Assembly: GCA_033720315.1 (NCBI GenBank)
Contig: JAWWCT010000012.1
Coordinates: 5,982-69,981 of the forward strand
Direction of reading: 5' to 3'
DNA from: Woeseiaceae bacterium
GTDB taxonomy: Bacteria; Pseudomonadota; Gammaproteobacteria; Steroidobacterales; Woeseiaceae
Length of the DNA: 64,000 bases
The translations under genes and the position numbers were made by a program. Positions 38,709 through 48,969 of the stretch are shown one piece after another. The notes beneath the pieces were generated by a model. That model did no database searches. It had not been told where the DNA came from and saw only the letters and a program-made list of their open reading frames with translations. How positions within the stretch are numbered: the first letter of the stretch is position 1; each line of letters starts with the position of its first letter.

Positions 38709-40009
38709 GCCGAAACGCCGACTGCGATGCGGTGACAGGCATTGTTCAGATAACCGCGGGGATTCCAGCCCGGCAATACCATCGGTTGCGATACGCCTTC
38801 GCTGTCGATCGCGCGTGCCCACACTTCGTAATAACCGGGTTGTGGAAATTCGACTTGCGTCGAGAAGTGCTGCCAGGCAAGCCTGTTGACGGCTTTTGCC
38901 AGACGTGCCTTTTGCCAGGAGGCACCAAAATCGATGGATACGAATACCTCGGCGACGCTTCGGTCTCCCGCCCAGGCATGGCCGCGGACTTCGAGCGCTT
39001 CGCCAGCGGTATGTGAGATGCCCGATTTCGGGTACGTGATCAGCGACTTCACCGGCATCGATTCGATGATGCACATGTCTTCGTCTGCAACCGACGCGCC
39101 GGGCGCGACCGGCTGACACGGCACACGATAGGACTGCCCGAGCATCTTTTCGCCGTCGTGCACGCGGTCGCGAACCAGGATTTTCGTCAGCCACTTGCCA
39201 CTGACGGAAGCCGGCCATCCCGCACAAAGCATGCGCAATGGATAGCCGTGCAGCAACGGTAGTGGCTCGCCATTCAATGCCCAGACAATCATCGATTCGT
39301 CTTCGAGTGCCTTGTGCAGCGGCACGCCGCGCGAGATCGGTTGCTTGCCGGGGTCGCCTGACAGGTGGCGATCGGCAGCTTCGTAGGCGACGTAGACCGC
39401 GTCGTCTTTCACCCCGCAATAGTCGAGCACGTCTTTCAGTCGCACGCCCGTCCACTCAGGACAACCGATGGCACCGGTGGTCCACTGGTTGCCACGCGCC
39501 GGCGGATAAAATTCCGAGCGCCCGTTGCCGCCGCATTCGATTTGTAATTGCAAAGTGCGGTGCCGGAAGCGCTCCTTGAGCTCGGCGAGCGTCAGTGTCT
39601 TCGGCTCGACACAGGATTCACCGGCGAGTTGTAGCGTCCAGGTACTGGCATACGGCTCGACTGGTGGGATGCCGTTGTTGCGCACAAACAGCCGCGAGGC
39701 CGGCGTCACCTCGTCGTCGAGCAGGTGCGCCGGCGTTTCGGCATTGATCGGCCTGTCGTTGAGCACCGTCAGCCCATCCTTGCCGGGCAACTCGAAGGAT
39801 GCCTGTGCCAGCGCGGCGGGGATCAGCCCCCCCGGCATGAGGTGTGCAAATGGAATGCTGGCGCCAAGCGCTGCCGACATGGCGGCCAGCCCGCTGCCGC
39901 GCAGGAAACCACGGCGGGTCACGGGGTCCACCTCGCGGCCCCAAAGCCGCCGGTCTGCCGTGACCGGATCTTGCGCGTAAAGCTCGTGAATGCCCAGTTT
40001 CTTGCTCAT
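38705..40009 (-). CDS. sulfite-oxidase-family molybdopterin oxidoreductase (SorA-like sulfite dehydrogenase), Tat-exported
   Basis: Tat motif TRRGFLRGSGLAAMSA. Length is 434 aa, with a dimerisation-domain-like C-terminus and a cytochrome c partner immediately downstream. Confidence 0.75.
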   Translation of the reverse strand: MSKKLGIHELYAQDPVTADRRLWGREVDPVTRRGFLRGSGLAAMSAALGASIPFAHLMPGGLIPAALAQASFELPGKDGLTVLNDRPINAETPAHLLDDEVTPASRLFVRNNGIPPVEPYASTWTLQLAGESCVEPKTLTLAELKERFRHRTLQLQIECGGNGRSEFYPPARGNQWTTGAIGCPEWTGVRLKDVLDYCGVKDDAVYVAYEAADRHLSGDPGKQPISRGVPLHKALEDESMIVWALNGEPLPLLHGYPLRMLCAGWPASVSGKWLTKILVRDRVHDGEKMLGQSYRVPCQPVAPGASVADEDMCIIESMPVKSLITYPKSGISHTAGEALEVRGHAWAGDRSVAEVFVSIDFGASWQKARLAKAVNRLAWQHFSTQVEFPQPGYYEVWARAIDSEGVSQPMVLPGWNPRGYLNNACHRIAVGVSA

Positions 40010-40800
40010 GCGCCTTCCCCCGCTGCACCCTCGAAAGCTGCCAGCATGTCCTTTATTGTCTCAATCAGTTTGTCCGCCCGGCCGGCATCATAACTCAGAT
40101 TTTTTTCATCCATGTAATTGCGTTGGGTAAGTTCGAGTTGCATCGCATGAATGTCATCGTCGGGTCGGCCGTGGTAACGGGTGATGTATCCGCCCTTGAA
40201 TCGCCCGTCGATCACCGAGGAATACGATGAGCGTTTTGCAACGTCAGCGACTGCAGTAACGATTCGCGTTGCGCAGCTGCGTCCGTCGTTGGTGCCAATA
40301 TTGAGGTCCGGCAGCGAGCCTTCGAACAACGTTGGAACTTCGGCGGCAATCGAGTGTGCGTCCCAAAGCAGCGCATAACCGAAACGCGCGCGAAAGCTAT
40401 CGATTGTGACGGCGATCTTGTCGTGATAGGGCATCCAGTAATCGGCGATTCGCTGTTGGCGGTCCGCTTCCGTCGGTAAACCGGCATCGACGTAGATGTC
40501 CTCGCCGGCAAAGGTAACGCAAGGGCAGACGCCGGTGGCCATTTGACCTTCATAAAGCGCCTCGTCCGTCGATGGGCGGTTCAGATCGACGACGTAACGC
40601 GAATAGTTCGCGGCTATGACACTTGCGCCCAACTCTGCCGCAAACGAATACAATTCTCTTACGTGCCAGTCGGTGTCGGGCAATGCCCGGCCAGCATCAC
40701 TCATCTGCTCCGCCTGGCCGTGCGCGAGCCGACGACCGTCATGCGGAATGCTAATCAATAGCGGTGTGTTCCCCTGCCGGAAGTCGAATATGTCAGTCAT
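40006..40800 (-). CDS. hutG: N-formylglutamate amidohydrolase
   Basis: The PF05013-type N-terminus is GNTPLLISIPHDGRRL...YSRYVVDLNRP. The gene lies in hut context. Confidence 0.85.
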   Translation of the reverse strand: MTDIFDFRQGNTPLLISIPHDGRRLAHGQAEQMSDAGRALPDTDWHVRELYSFAAELGASVIAANYSRYVVDLNRPSTDEALYEGQMATGVCPCVTFAGEDIYVDAGLPTEADRQQRIADYWMPYHDKIAVTIDSFRARFGYALLWDAHSIAAEVPTLFEGSLPDLNIGTNDGRSCATRIVTAVADVAKRSSYSSVIDGRFKGGYITRYHGRPDDDIHAMQLELTQRNYMDEKNLSYDAGRADKLIETIKDMLAAFEGAAGEGA

Positions 40801-42320
40801 GCAGTGAAACTTGGAAGAATCGATTCGCTGTGGCGGCAGAAATCACCGGCGTCGATCATCGAGACGACCGCTGCGATGTCGGGAGCCAGCGAACGGTCTT
40901 GCTGGTATTTCGGCGAAACGGCACGTATGCGTTGCATGACATCTTCAAGAACCTGCGAACTTTTGCGCGGATGATGAAAATCGATGCCTTGCGTCGCCGC
41001 CAACAATTCGATTGCCACGATGTTGGCAACATTATCGAGCATGGCGAACAGGCGATACGCCGCAGCGGTCGCCATGCTCACGTGGTCTTCCTGGTTTGCC
41101 GACGTCGGAATGCTGTCGACACTTGCAGGGTGCGCGAGCGCCTTGTTTTCCGACGCCAGCGCTGCAGCGACGACCTGCGCCATCATGAAGCCGGAATTCA
41201 GTCCGCTGTCCTCCACGAGAAACGGCGGCAGGCCGCTCATATGCGAGTCGATGAGCAAGGCGATACGCCGTTCGGCCAGCGCGCCGATTTCCGCGATCGA
41301 CAACGCGAGATAGTCCGCGGCCAGCGCCACAGGCTCGGCATGGAAATTGCCGCCGGACAGGATCGCATCCGCGAAAACGAGCGGATTGTCGGTCACCGAA
41401 TTCGCTTCCGTATGCAATACCGACATCACGTGTGACAACACGTCGAGACAGGCGCCGGTGACCTGGGGCTGGCAACGTATCGAGTAAGGATCCTGGATGC
41501 GCTCGCAGTCGACGTGGGATGCCCGAATCTCACTGCCGTCCATCAGGCGCCGCAGCAGGGAGGCGACGGCGATCTGTCCCGGATGCCGGCGCAGGTCGTG
41601 AATGCGTTCGTCGAACGGCGTGTCGCTGCCCTTGATGGCGTCTGCGGACATCGCCCCCGAGGTCACGGCGGCGGCAATCAGCCGTTCGCTGCGAAACGCT
41701 GCGGCCAAAGCGAGCGCTGTCGAGACCTGGGTGCCGTTAAGTAATGCCAGCCCTTCTTTTGCCGCCAGAACGACCGGTTTTAAGCCGGCATCCTCGAGCG
41801 CCTTGTCGGCTGCGACGATCTCGCCGCCGATGCGAACCTCTCCCAGCCCGAGTAATGCACAGGACATGTGCGCGAGCGGCGCGAGGTCGCCGGATGCACC
41901 GACCGAGCCTTTTGCCGGGATGCAGGGAAAAATCTCTTTCTCGATAAGCCCGCAAATTGCGTCAATCAATTCGGGCCGGACGCCCGAATGCCCGCGGGCG
42001 AGGGCCATGACTTTCATCGCCATGACCAGGCGCACGACTTCATCCGGCAGCAATTCGCCGACGCCGACTGCGTGCGAGCGGATGAGGTTTTCCTGCAGGT
42101 GGGCCAGTTCGTCGTCGCTGATGCGGACCTGTGCCAGTTGCCCGAAGCCGGTATTGAGCCCGTAAACCTGCTTGCCGCCGGCAATCACCGCGTCGACATG
42201 CGCCTGTGCGGATTGCACGCGGGATCTCGCGGCATCGCCGAGCGTGATAACGCACGGACCTTCCCAGATATTGCGCAGCTCCTCGAGCGCGACAGGTGCC
42301 CCGTCGATTGTCAGATGCAT
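40797..42320 (-). CDS. hutH: histidine ammonia-lyase
   Basis: MIO-forming motif GSVGASGDLAPLAHM. 507 aa from ATG 42320. Confidence 0.95.
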   Translation of the reverse strand: MHLTIDGAPVALEELRNIWEGPCVITLGDAARSRVQSAQAHVDAVIAGGKQVYGLNTGFGQLAQVRISDDELAHLQENLIRSHAVGVGELLPDEVVRLVMAMKVMALARGHSGVRPELIDAICGLIEKEIFPCIPAKGSVGASGDLAPLAHMSCALLGLGEVRIGGEIVAADKALEDAGLKPVVLAAKEGLALLNGTQVSTALALAAAFRSERLIAAAVTSGAMSADAIKGSDTPFDERIHDLRRHPGQIAVASLLRRLMDGSEIRASHVDCERIQDPYSIRCQPQVTGACLDVLSHVMSVLHTEANSVTDNPLVFADAILSGGNFHAEPVALAADYLALSIAEIGALAERRIALLIDSHMSGLPPFLVEDSGLNSGFMMAQVVAAALASENKALAHPASVDSIPTSANQEDHVSMATAAAYRLFAMLDNVANIVAIELLAATQGIDFHHPRKSSQVLEDVMQRIRAVSPKYQQDRSLAPDIAAVVSMIDAGDFCRHSESILPSFTA

Positions 42321-42324
42321 GCTG

Positions 42325-43998
42325 CTAACCCTCCACCTTGCCGACCATGGGGAGATCGAGCGCGTGTTCCGCGGCGCAGCGGATGGCGTCCTCGTAGCCA
42401 GCGTCCGCATGCCGCATGACGCCGCTTGCCGGATCGTTCCAGAGCACGCGCGCAATGCGTTGGTCGGCTTCCCGGGTGCCGTCGCAGACGATGACCAGTC
42501 CCGCGTGCTGCGAGTAACCCATGCCGACACCGCCGCCGTGATGCACCGATACCCAGGTGGCACCGCTGGCCGTGTTCAACAGCGCGTTCAGAAACGCCCA
42601 GTCGGATACCGCATCCGAGCCGTCGCGCATCGATTCGGTTTCCCGGTTCGGGCTTGCCACGGAACCGCTGTCGAGATGGTCGCGGCCGATGACCACCGGC
42701 GCTTTCAGCTCACCGGTCCTCACCATCTCGTTGAACGCAAGCCCGAGCCGGTCGCGTTGCCCCAGGCCGACCCAGCAGATACGCGCCGGCAATCCCTGGA
42801 AGCGGATACGCTCGCGCGCACCGTCGAGCCAGTTGTGCAGGTGCCTGTCGTCGGGTATGAGCTCTTTCACCTTCTGATCGGTGCGGTAGATGTCCTCGGG
42901 ATCTCCGGACAAGGCGGCCCAGCGAAACGGTCCGACGCCGCGGCAGAACAGTGGCCGCACGTAAGCCGGCACGAATCCCGGGAAGTCGAATGCATTTTCG
43001 ACGCCGTCGTCGAAGGCCACCTGGCGAATGTTGTTGCCGTAGTCGAACGTAGGCACACCGGCTTGCTTGAACTCGAGCATGGCGCGCACGTGCGTCGACA
43101 TCGATTTCGTTGCCGCGGCAACGACCTCGTCGGGGCTCGACTTGCGCTTTGCGAACCACTCCTCCACCGTCCAGCCGATCGGCAGGTAACCGTTTGCCGG
43201 GTCGTGCGCGGACGTCTGATCCGTCAACGCATCCGGTTTAATGCCGCGCTTCAACATATCCGGCAGGACTTCGGCCGCGTTGCCGAGCAGGCCGACGGAA
43301 ACCGGTTGCCTGTCCGTAACCGACTGGTCGATGATCTGCATCGCGTCATCGAGCGTGTCGGCACGCCGATCCAGGTAGCCGGTCTCGAGGCGCTTGTCGA
43401 TGCGATCGGATTGACACTCGATTGCCAGCATCGAGGCGCCCGCCATGGTCGCCGCCAGCGGCTGCGCTCCGCCCATGCCGCCGAGACCCGCGGTCAGTAT
43501 CCATTTTCCGGACAGGTCGCCAGCGTAATGCTGGCGTCCCATCTCGGCAAAGGTTTCGTAAGTGCCCTGCACGATGCCCTGGCTGCCGATGTAAATCCAC
43601 GATCCGGCGGTCATCTGGCCGTACATCATCAAGCCTTTGCGGTCGAGTTCACGAAAGTGCTGCCAGTTGGCCCATGCCGGGACCAGGTTGGAATTCGCGA
43701 TCAGCACGCGGGGCGCGTCGGCATGCGTCTTGAAGACGCCGACCGGTTTTCCGGATTGCACCAGCAAGGTTTCGTCGCCCTCCAGCCTGGCCAGCGTGTC
43801 GACGATCGCATCGAAGCATGCCCAGTTCCTGGCTGCCTTGCCGATACCGCCGTATACCACGAGGTCCTGCGGACGCTCGGCGACATCCGGGTCGAGGTTA
43901 TTCATGATCATCCGCAGCGGCGCTTCGGTTAGCCAGCTCTTCGCTTGCAAGGTGCTGCCGGTCGGCGCCTTGATGACGCGTTGTGATTCTCTATTCAT
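42325..43998 (-). CDS. hutU: urocanate hydratase
   Basis: 557 aa from ATG 43998. Motifs [14 protein letters not shown] and [12 protein letters not shown]. Confidence 0.95.
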   Translation of the reverse strand: MNRESQRVIKAPTGSTLQAKSWLTEAPLRMIMNNLDPDVAERPQDLVVYGGIGKAARNWACFDAIVDTLARLEGDETLLVQSGKPVGVFKTHADAPRVLIANSNLVPAWANWQHFRELDRKGLMMYGQMTAGSWIYIGSQGIVQGTYETFAEMGRQHYAGDLSGKWILTAGLGGMGGAQPLAATMAGASMLAIECQSDRIDKRLETGYLDRRADTLDDAMQIIDQSVTDRQPVSVGLLGNAAEVLPDMLKRGIKPDALTDQTSAHDPANGYLPIGWTVEEWFAKRKSSPDEVVAAATKSMSTHVRAMLEFKQAGVPTFDYGNNIRQVAFDDGVENAFDFPGFVPAYVRPLFCRGVGPFRWAALSGDPEDIYRTDQKVKELIPDDRHLHNWLDGARERIRFQGLPARICWVGLGQRDRLGLAFNEMVRTGELKAPVVIGRDHLDSGSVASPNRETESMRDGSDAVSDWAFLNALLNTASGATWVSVHHGGGVGMGYSQHAGLVIVCDGTREADQRIARVLWNDPASGVMRHADAGYEDAIRCAAEHALDLPMVGKVEG

Positions 43999-44746
43999 CG
44001 CTTTGTTCTCCGGCACGGGCAAATGCCTCGACGCCTGGCGGTACGTAATGTCCGGAAAGTTCGAAGCGGCTTGCCGGGTGATAAAGACGGGCGAAAGTGA
44101 CTGGCCTGCCATGCGCCCAGGTGCGGCGTGAGACCAGCAGGCAGGGTTCATCGCCCGCCATCTCCAGGGAGGAGCGAATCGCGTCGTCGGGCATGACGGC
44201 GCGCACGACGTGCTCGGCTTCCTGCAGCGGCGAAATACCGCTGAAATAGGCGCTCGGCGTGATCCGGGTGAAATCCTGTTGCAGGCAGTCCGGTGCAAAT
44301 TCGGTCAACACGAAGCGTTGCTCGATCTGAATCGGGATCGCGTTCTCGTAGTGTGTGAGTTCGAGCCGATACACGTCGTCGCCCAATGCGATTTGCAGCG
44401 CACGTGCGGTATCCGCATCCGCAGCCGCTTTTTCCTGGACCAATACCGTCGCCGTATGCTCGTGACCACGCCTCTTGATTTCATCCGCAATGTTGCGGAC
44501 TTCGAGAACGTGTGATGCCGCTTTCAGGTCGGCAACGAAGGTGCCGACGCCGGCGACCCGCTCCACATAGCCTTCGTTGCCAAGTTCGCGCAGTGCGCGA
44601 TTAGCCGTCATGCGGGAAACGCCCGTTGCATCGACCAGCTCGTTTTCGGAGGGAACCCGGTCGCGAGGTTGCAGCTCGCCCGCGGAGATCTGCCCGATGA
44701 TGAGTTCCTTGAGCTGCAAATACCGTGGCTTTGCCGGACCGCTCAT
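43991..44746 (-). CDS. hutC: GntR/HutC-family histidine utilization repressor
   Basis: N-terminal wHTH reading [41 protein letters not shown], a UTRA-like C-terminus and hut context. Confidence 0.9.
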   Translation of the reverse strand: MSGPAKPRYLQLKELIIGQISAGELQPRDRVPSENELVDATGVSRMTANRALRELGNEGYVERVAGVGTFVADLKAASHVLEVRNIADEIKRRGHEHTATVLVQEKAAADADTARALQIALGDDVYRLELTHYENAIPIQIEQRFVLTEFAPDCLQQDFTRITPSAYFSGISPLQEAEHVVRAVMPDDAIRSSLEMAGDEPCLLVSRRTWAHGRPVTFARLYHPASRFELSGHYVPPGVEAFARAGEQSDE

Positions 44747-46110
44747 GCGGTCGCCTCGCTCTCGAACAGGGACCGCGCTACCTTCGCATACGCCCGGTTC
44801 GCTTCCAGCGCGTCGTCATGACGCCCTTCGATGACTCGCCACTCGCCACGCACCATGACGCGGTCGATTGGCAGCGTGAACCCCGAAAAAACCAGCGCAT
44901 CGAGCAGCGAGCGGGTCGAGTGCCCGACCAGCATCGGGCTGTCGTCATCCAGCGCTATCAGGTCGGCATCGGCGCCTTTCTCGATGCGGCCCGACTGGAT
45001 GGCCGCGGCGCGCGCGCCGCCATCGGCGGCAAGTTCGAACAGGCTGCGCCCGGTTTGCGGTCGGCGAATGGCAGCGACGTTTCGCCGTTGCTCGACCAGG
45101 CGTTGGCCGTACTCTAGCCAGCGAAGCTCCTCGAACGGATTGATGGAAACGTGGCTGTCGGACCCGATCGCAATGCGGCCACCCGTTTCGAGGTAGCGTT
45201 GCAATGGAAACAGGCCGTCGCCGAGATTCGCTTCGGTGCTCGGGCAAAGGCACACCACCGCGCCACAGCCGCCGACGGCGGTAATTTCATTGTCCGTCAT
45301 GTGCGTCGCGTGCACGAGGCACCAGCGTTCGTCGACCGCATGCTCGCCGAGCAACCATTCGATTGGCCGTGCGCCATAAGCGTGCATGCACTGCTCGACC
45401 TCGCGTTGCTGCTCTGCGATATGGATATGAAACGGCGCTGCATCTTCGACAGCACGTGCCACGATGGTCGCAAGCGATTCCCTGGTTACTGCACGCAGAC
45501 TGTGCGCGCCCATGCCGACGCGATGACGGTTACCGGCCAGTTTTTTGACGCGCTCGTAGTGCTGCAAATAATCGTCGAGCGAGGTCGCAAAGCGCAGCTG
45601 CTCCGGTGCAGGGTCCGGTTGCTCGAAACCGGCGCGTTGGTAAAGCACCGGCACGTAGGTCAGCCGGATGCCGCTCGCATCTGCGGCAGCAGCAAGCGCC
45701 TCGAACATCGACTCCGTGATTTGCCTCGAGTCGGGTTCATTGTGCAGGTAGTGGAACTCTGCGACCGAGGTGTAGCCGGTCGCCACCATTTCGCCGTAGA
45801 CCTGGCGTGCAATGACCTCGAGCGCATCCGAGTCGATTTTCGCGGACAGCTCGTACATTCGGCTGCGCCAGGTCCAGAAGTTGTCCTTCGATGCCGGCGC
45901 ACGTTCCTCGGTGTGTCCGGCCAGCGCCCGCTGAAAGGCATGGCTGTGGGCATTCGTCAGTCCGGGGATCAGGATGCCGAGCTCGGCGTCGCAACCCGCC
46001 GCGTCGGCATCGAGCACGACCCCGGCAATGCGACCGTCTGCGACATCGAGCCGTACATTTGCGGCCCAGCCGCCGGCCAGCAGTGCTTTTCTGGCGAATA
46101 TGGTGCTCAT
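44743..46110 (-). CDS. hutF: formimidoylglutamate deiminase
   Basis: Amidohydrolase fold (NAHSHAFQRALAG...HIHIAEQ). 455 aa from ATG 46110. It is the first gene of the hut operon and is paired with hutG. Confidence 0.85.
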   Translation of the reverse strand: MSTIFARKALLAGGWAANVRLDVADGRIAGVVLDADAAGCDAELGILIPGLTNAHSHAFQRALAGHTEERAPASKDNFWTWRSRMYELSAKIDSDALEVIARQVYGEMVATGYTSVAEFHYLHNEPDSRQITESMFEALAAAADASGIRLTYVPVLYQRAGFEQPDPAPEQLRFATSLDDYLQHYERVKKLAGNRHRVGMGAHSLRAVTRESLATIVARAVEDAAPFHIHIAEQQREVEQCMHAYGARPIEWLLGEHAVDERWCLVHATHMTDNEITAVGGCGAVVCLCPSTEANLGDGLFPLQRYLETGGRIAIGSDSHVSINPFEELRWLEYGQRLVEQRRNVAAIRRPQTGRSLFELAADGGARAAAIQSGRIEKGADADLIALDDDSPMLVGHSTRSLLDALVFSGFTLPIDRVMVRGEWRVIEGRHDDALEANRAYAKVARSLFESEATA

Positions 46111-46129
46111 CGATCCCCACCGGACAGGT

Positions 46130-46139
46130 TGTATATACA
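46130..46139. promoter_or_regulatory. HutC-type operator core TGTATATACA in the hutF/hutI divergent promoter region
   Basis: Perfect 10-bp palindrome containing GT-n-TA-n-AC, the HutC-subfamily GntR motif. It is the only intergenic region of the hut locus. Confidence 0.6.
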
Positions 46140-46216
46140 GGCTAGTGCATGCTACCGTCCAATGCAATCCACTGGGACACCCACTCTGGTTCGGGCGAAA
46201 ACCGAGGGTGTGCCGA

Positions 46217-47458
46217 ATGAAGGCCGAGGCGGCGACGATGGCGGATTGGGATCTCTTGCTCGAAGACGTGCATCTCGCGACGATGGCCGAAAGCGCCGGA
46301 CCTTTCGGCATCATCGAGGACGCTGCTATCGCAATCCGCGGCGGTCGTATCGACTGGGTCGGGTCGGCTGCCGAGCTCCCCGAAGATCACGGTGTCAGCA
46401 GCCGCTCGCTCAATGGCTGCTGGGCAACGCCGGCGCTCATCGACTGCCACACGCATCTCGTATTCGCCGGTAACCGCGCCGAGGAGTTCGAACAACGACT
46501 CGCTGGTGTGTCTTACGAGGAGATTGCCCGCCGCGGCGGCGGCATCATGTCCACCGTGATCGCCACCCGTGCCGCGAGTGGCATTGAATTGCAACGCGAA
46601 GCCTGGGCCCGGCTGGCAAACCTGAAACGAGAGGGTGTCGCTACCGTCGAGATCAAGTCCGGCTACGGCCTGGACACCGCGTCAGAGACCAAGATACTGG
46701 AAGTGATTCGTGCGCTCGAAAAATCCACCGGGCTCTCGCTCTGCAGCACGTTTCTCGGAGCGCACGCGCTGCCCACGGAATTCAAGGGCAAATCGGCCGA
46801 CTACATCGATGTCGTTTGCGGGGAGATGTTGCCCGCGGTGCACGAAGCCGGGCTCGCCGACGCCGTTGATGCGTATTGCGAAAACATCGCCTTCTCGACC
46901 GATGAGGTCGCGCGTGTCTTCGAAACCGCCAGGGCCCTCGGTATCCCGGTCAAGTTGCACGCAGACCAATTGAGCGATGGTGGCGGGGCCGCCCTCGCCG
47001 CCGGCTTCGATGCGCTGTCTGCGGACCATCTCGAGTACACCTCTGCTCAGGGCGTAAGGTCAATGGCCGATGCGGGTACCACCGCAGTTTTGCTGCCCGG
47101 TGCCTTCCTGACGCTCGGCGAAACCCGGTTACCGCCGGTCGACGCATTTCGGCAGCACAACGTGCGCATGGCAATCGCAACGGACTGTAACCCGGGCACG
47201 TCTCCCATCTGCTCGATTCGCGTGATCATGAATCTCGCCCGCGCCCTTTTTGGCCTGACACCGGAGGAGTGCCTGGCCGGCGTTACACGTAATGCCGCAC
47301 ACGCACTCGGCCTCGACGCCGACCGCGGCACGCTCGAGGCGGGCAAGCGCGCCGACATTGCCGTCTGGAACATCGGCCACCCCCGGGAGTTGTCGTACTG
47401 GATGGGTCTTGACGAGCTGGACGAATTACTCGTCGCGGGAAAGGTCCTGCCCGCCTGA
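46217..47458 (+). CDS. hutI: imidazolonepropionase
   Basis: Motifs PALIDCHTHLVFAG, KLHADQLS and IATDCNPGTSP. The start could be ATG 46217 or ATG 46238; both have GAGG upstream. Confidence 0.9.
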   Translation: MKAEAATMADWDLLLEDVHLATMAESAGPFGIIEDAAIAIRGGRIDWVGSAAELPEDHGVSSRSLNGCWATPALIDCHTHLVFAGNRAEEFEQRLAGVSYEEIARRGGGIMSTVIATRAASGIELQREAWARLANLKREGVATVEIKSGYGLDTASETKILEVIRALEKSTGLSLCSTFLGAHALPTEFKGKSADYIDVVCGEMLPAVHEAGLADAVDAYCENIAFSTDEVARVFETARALGIPVKLHADQLSDGGGAALAAGFDALSADHLEYTSAQGVRSMADAGTTAVLLPGAFLTLGETRLPPVDAFRQHNVRMAIATDCNPGTSPICSIRVIMNLARALFGLTPEECLAGVTRNAAHALGLDADRGTLEAGKRADIAVWNIGHPRELSYWMGLDELDELLVAGKVLPA

Positions 47459-47680
47459 ACGGTTTGCCGCGAGAATCGCGGAAACCGCTCCATACGTGGC
47501 AACACAATAAGGAACGAGGTAGGTCAGTGGAATCTTCCAGACGGCGGCGGTATCGAGTCGCCCGCTCAAAATCAGATCGCCCTGGTTGATTGCGACGAGC
47601 AGCGTACCGATGATCACCGCCACTTTCAGGCTGCGCAGCACGATATCCCCACGCAATGCGGTCATTAGCCATTCATTCAT
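47426..47680 (-). CDS. NrtS-family small membrane protein (putative nitrate/nitrite transporter family)
   Basis: 84 aa. SLKVAVIIGTLLVAINQGDLI...KIPLTYLVPYCVATYG resembles NrtS. The 3' end overlaps convergent hutI by 33 nt. Confidence 0.55.
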   Translation of the reverse strand: MNEWLMTALRGDIVLRSLKVAVIIGTLLVAINQGDLILSGRLDTAAVWKIPLTYLVPYCVATYGAVSAILAANRSGGQDLSRDE

Positions 47681-47746
47681 TGTTCCGGTGCCTGTGATTG
47701 TCAGTCGCAAGCGTCTATTCTGCGCCATCGGGTGCCAATCACAAAA

Positions 47747-48964
47747 ATGATGACAGCTATTTCACGAAGTTTCGTGCTCGTTCTCGGTTTGCTGACCGGC
47801 GTGGCGGCGCTGTCCATCGACATGAGTCTGCCTGCCATCCCCGAGATGGTGCGGGAATTGGCCACCAACATGTCCCTCGGCCAACAGGTCATCAGCCTGT
47901 TCCTGGTCGGCGTCGGGCTTGGTCAGTTGCCGGCGGGAATTCTCTCCGACCGCTATGGGCGACTGCCGGTGCTGTATATCGGCTTCATCACCTATACGGT
48001 CGCAGGCATCGTCACGTCGATCGGCGATCAAATCGAAATCATATTGGTTGCAAGATTTTTCCAGGGCCTCGGTGCGTCCGTCGGCATGGTCATTACCCGC
48101 GCGATGGTGCGCGACGTTGCAAGTGGCAGGAAAATGGCACGGCTGATGTCCGCAATGGTGATGATTTTTACCGCGACGCCTATGCTGGCGCCGATCATCG
48201 GTTCCTACCTGACGGCATTGTACGGATGGCGTACGAATTACACGGCGATGGCGGTTTTCGGTTTTCTCATGATCGTTTGCATCTCTGTCGTACTGCGTGA
48301 AACGCACGCGCCGAACCGCGATCAACAAATCCGTCATCAACTGATAAGCAATCTTCGCGAGTTTTTCTCACATCGCCAGAGCGTGTTCGGCACGCTGTTG
48401 GTCATGCTTGCGGCAGCAGGTTTTATTTCGATCATTACAACCGCCGCGGCACTGATCATCGATATCTTCGGCGTTCCCGTGCGTTATTTCGGCTACATCT
48501 TCGCGATCTCAGGTATCGCCATGTTCATCGGCTCGACACTCAACCGCACGTTGTTGCGTTATTACAGCACCGTGCACATGGCCGGCGTCGGCGCCGCCGT
48601 ATTCGGCATTGCGGCGATTCAGCTCTTCGTGATTGTCTGGCTGGGCGATGCGCCCTTGTGGTGGATCTGGGGCAATGCCGTTTTATTCATGTTCGGCTGC
48701 GGATTTCTTTTACCGAACGCAACCTCGCTCGCTCTCGACCCGGTGCCGGGGATTGCGGGCACCGGCTCATCGATCGTCACCGCGCTGCAAAATCTCGGTG
48801 GCTCGCTCGGATCATTCGCCGCCGCGCTCATCTATGACGGCAGCATACCGCGCATCGTCATTATCCTGGCATTGTCGGGCACTGCCACGGCGATCGTGTA
48901 TTTCGGTTTTCGCAGGGCGATCCTCGGCGATCGACCGTTGTACGTCGCCGACGACCAGACATAA
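47747..48964 (+). CDS. MFS drug:H+ antiporter, Bcr/CflA subfamily
   Basis: LSIDMSLPAIPEM...GQLPAGILSDRYGRLPVL is collinear with E. coli Bcr. 12 TM helices. Confidence 0.85.
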   Translation: MMTAISRSFVLVLGLLTGVAALSIDMSLPAIPEMVRELATNMSLGQQVISLFLVGVGLGQLPAGILSDRYGRLPVLYIGFITYTVAGIVTSIGDQIEIILVARFFQGLGASVGMVITRAMVRDVASGRKMARLMSAMVMIFTATPMLAPIIGSYLTALYGWRTNYTAMAVFGFLMIVCISVVLRETHAPNRDQQIRHQLISNLREFFSHRQSVFGTLLVMLAAAGFISIITTAAALIIDIFGVPVRYFGYIFAISGIAMFIGSTLNRTLLRYYSTVHMAGVGAAVFGIAAIQLFVIVWLGDAPLWWIWGNAVLFMFGCGFLLPNATSLALDPVPGIAGTGSSIVTALQNLGGSLGSFAAALIYDGSIPRIVIILALSGTATAIVYFGFRRAILGDRPLYVADDQT

Positions 48965-48969
48965 ACGGC

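Noticed and set aside
38709-39455. Upstream 249 codons of the 367-aa track ORF 38352..39455.
   Set aside because: This part overlaps the SorA-like gene in another frame and is R-rich. Only the last 118 codons (signal peptide plus CGGCH) look like a real cytochrome gene, with an ATGA junction.
47426-47458. 33-nt convergent overlap of hutI and the NrtS-like gene, together with the 34-nt overlap at 23085-23118.
   Set aside because: Short 3'-3' overlaps are common in compact genomes. Nothing else marks these as functional antisense arrangements.
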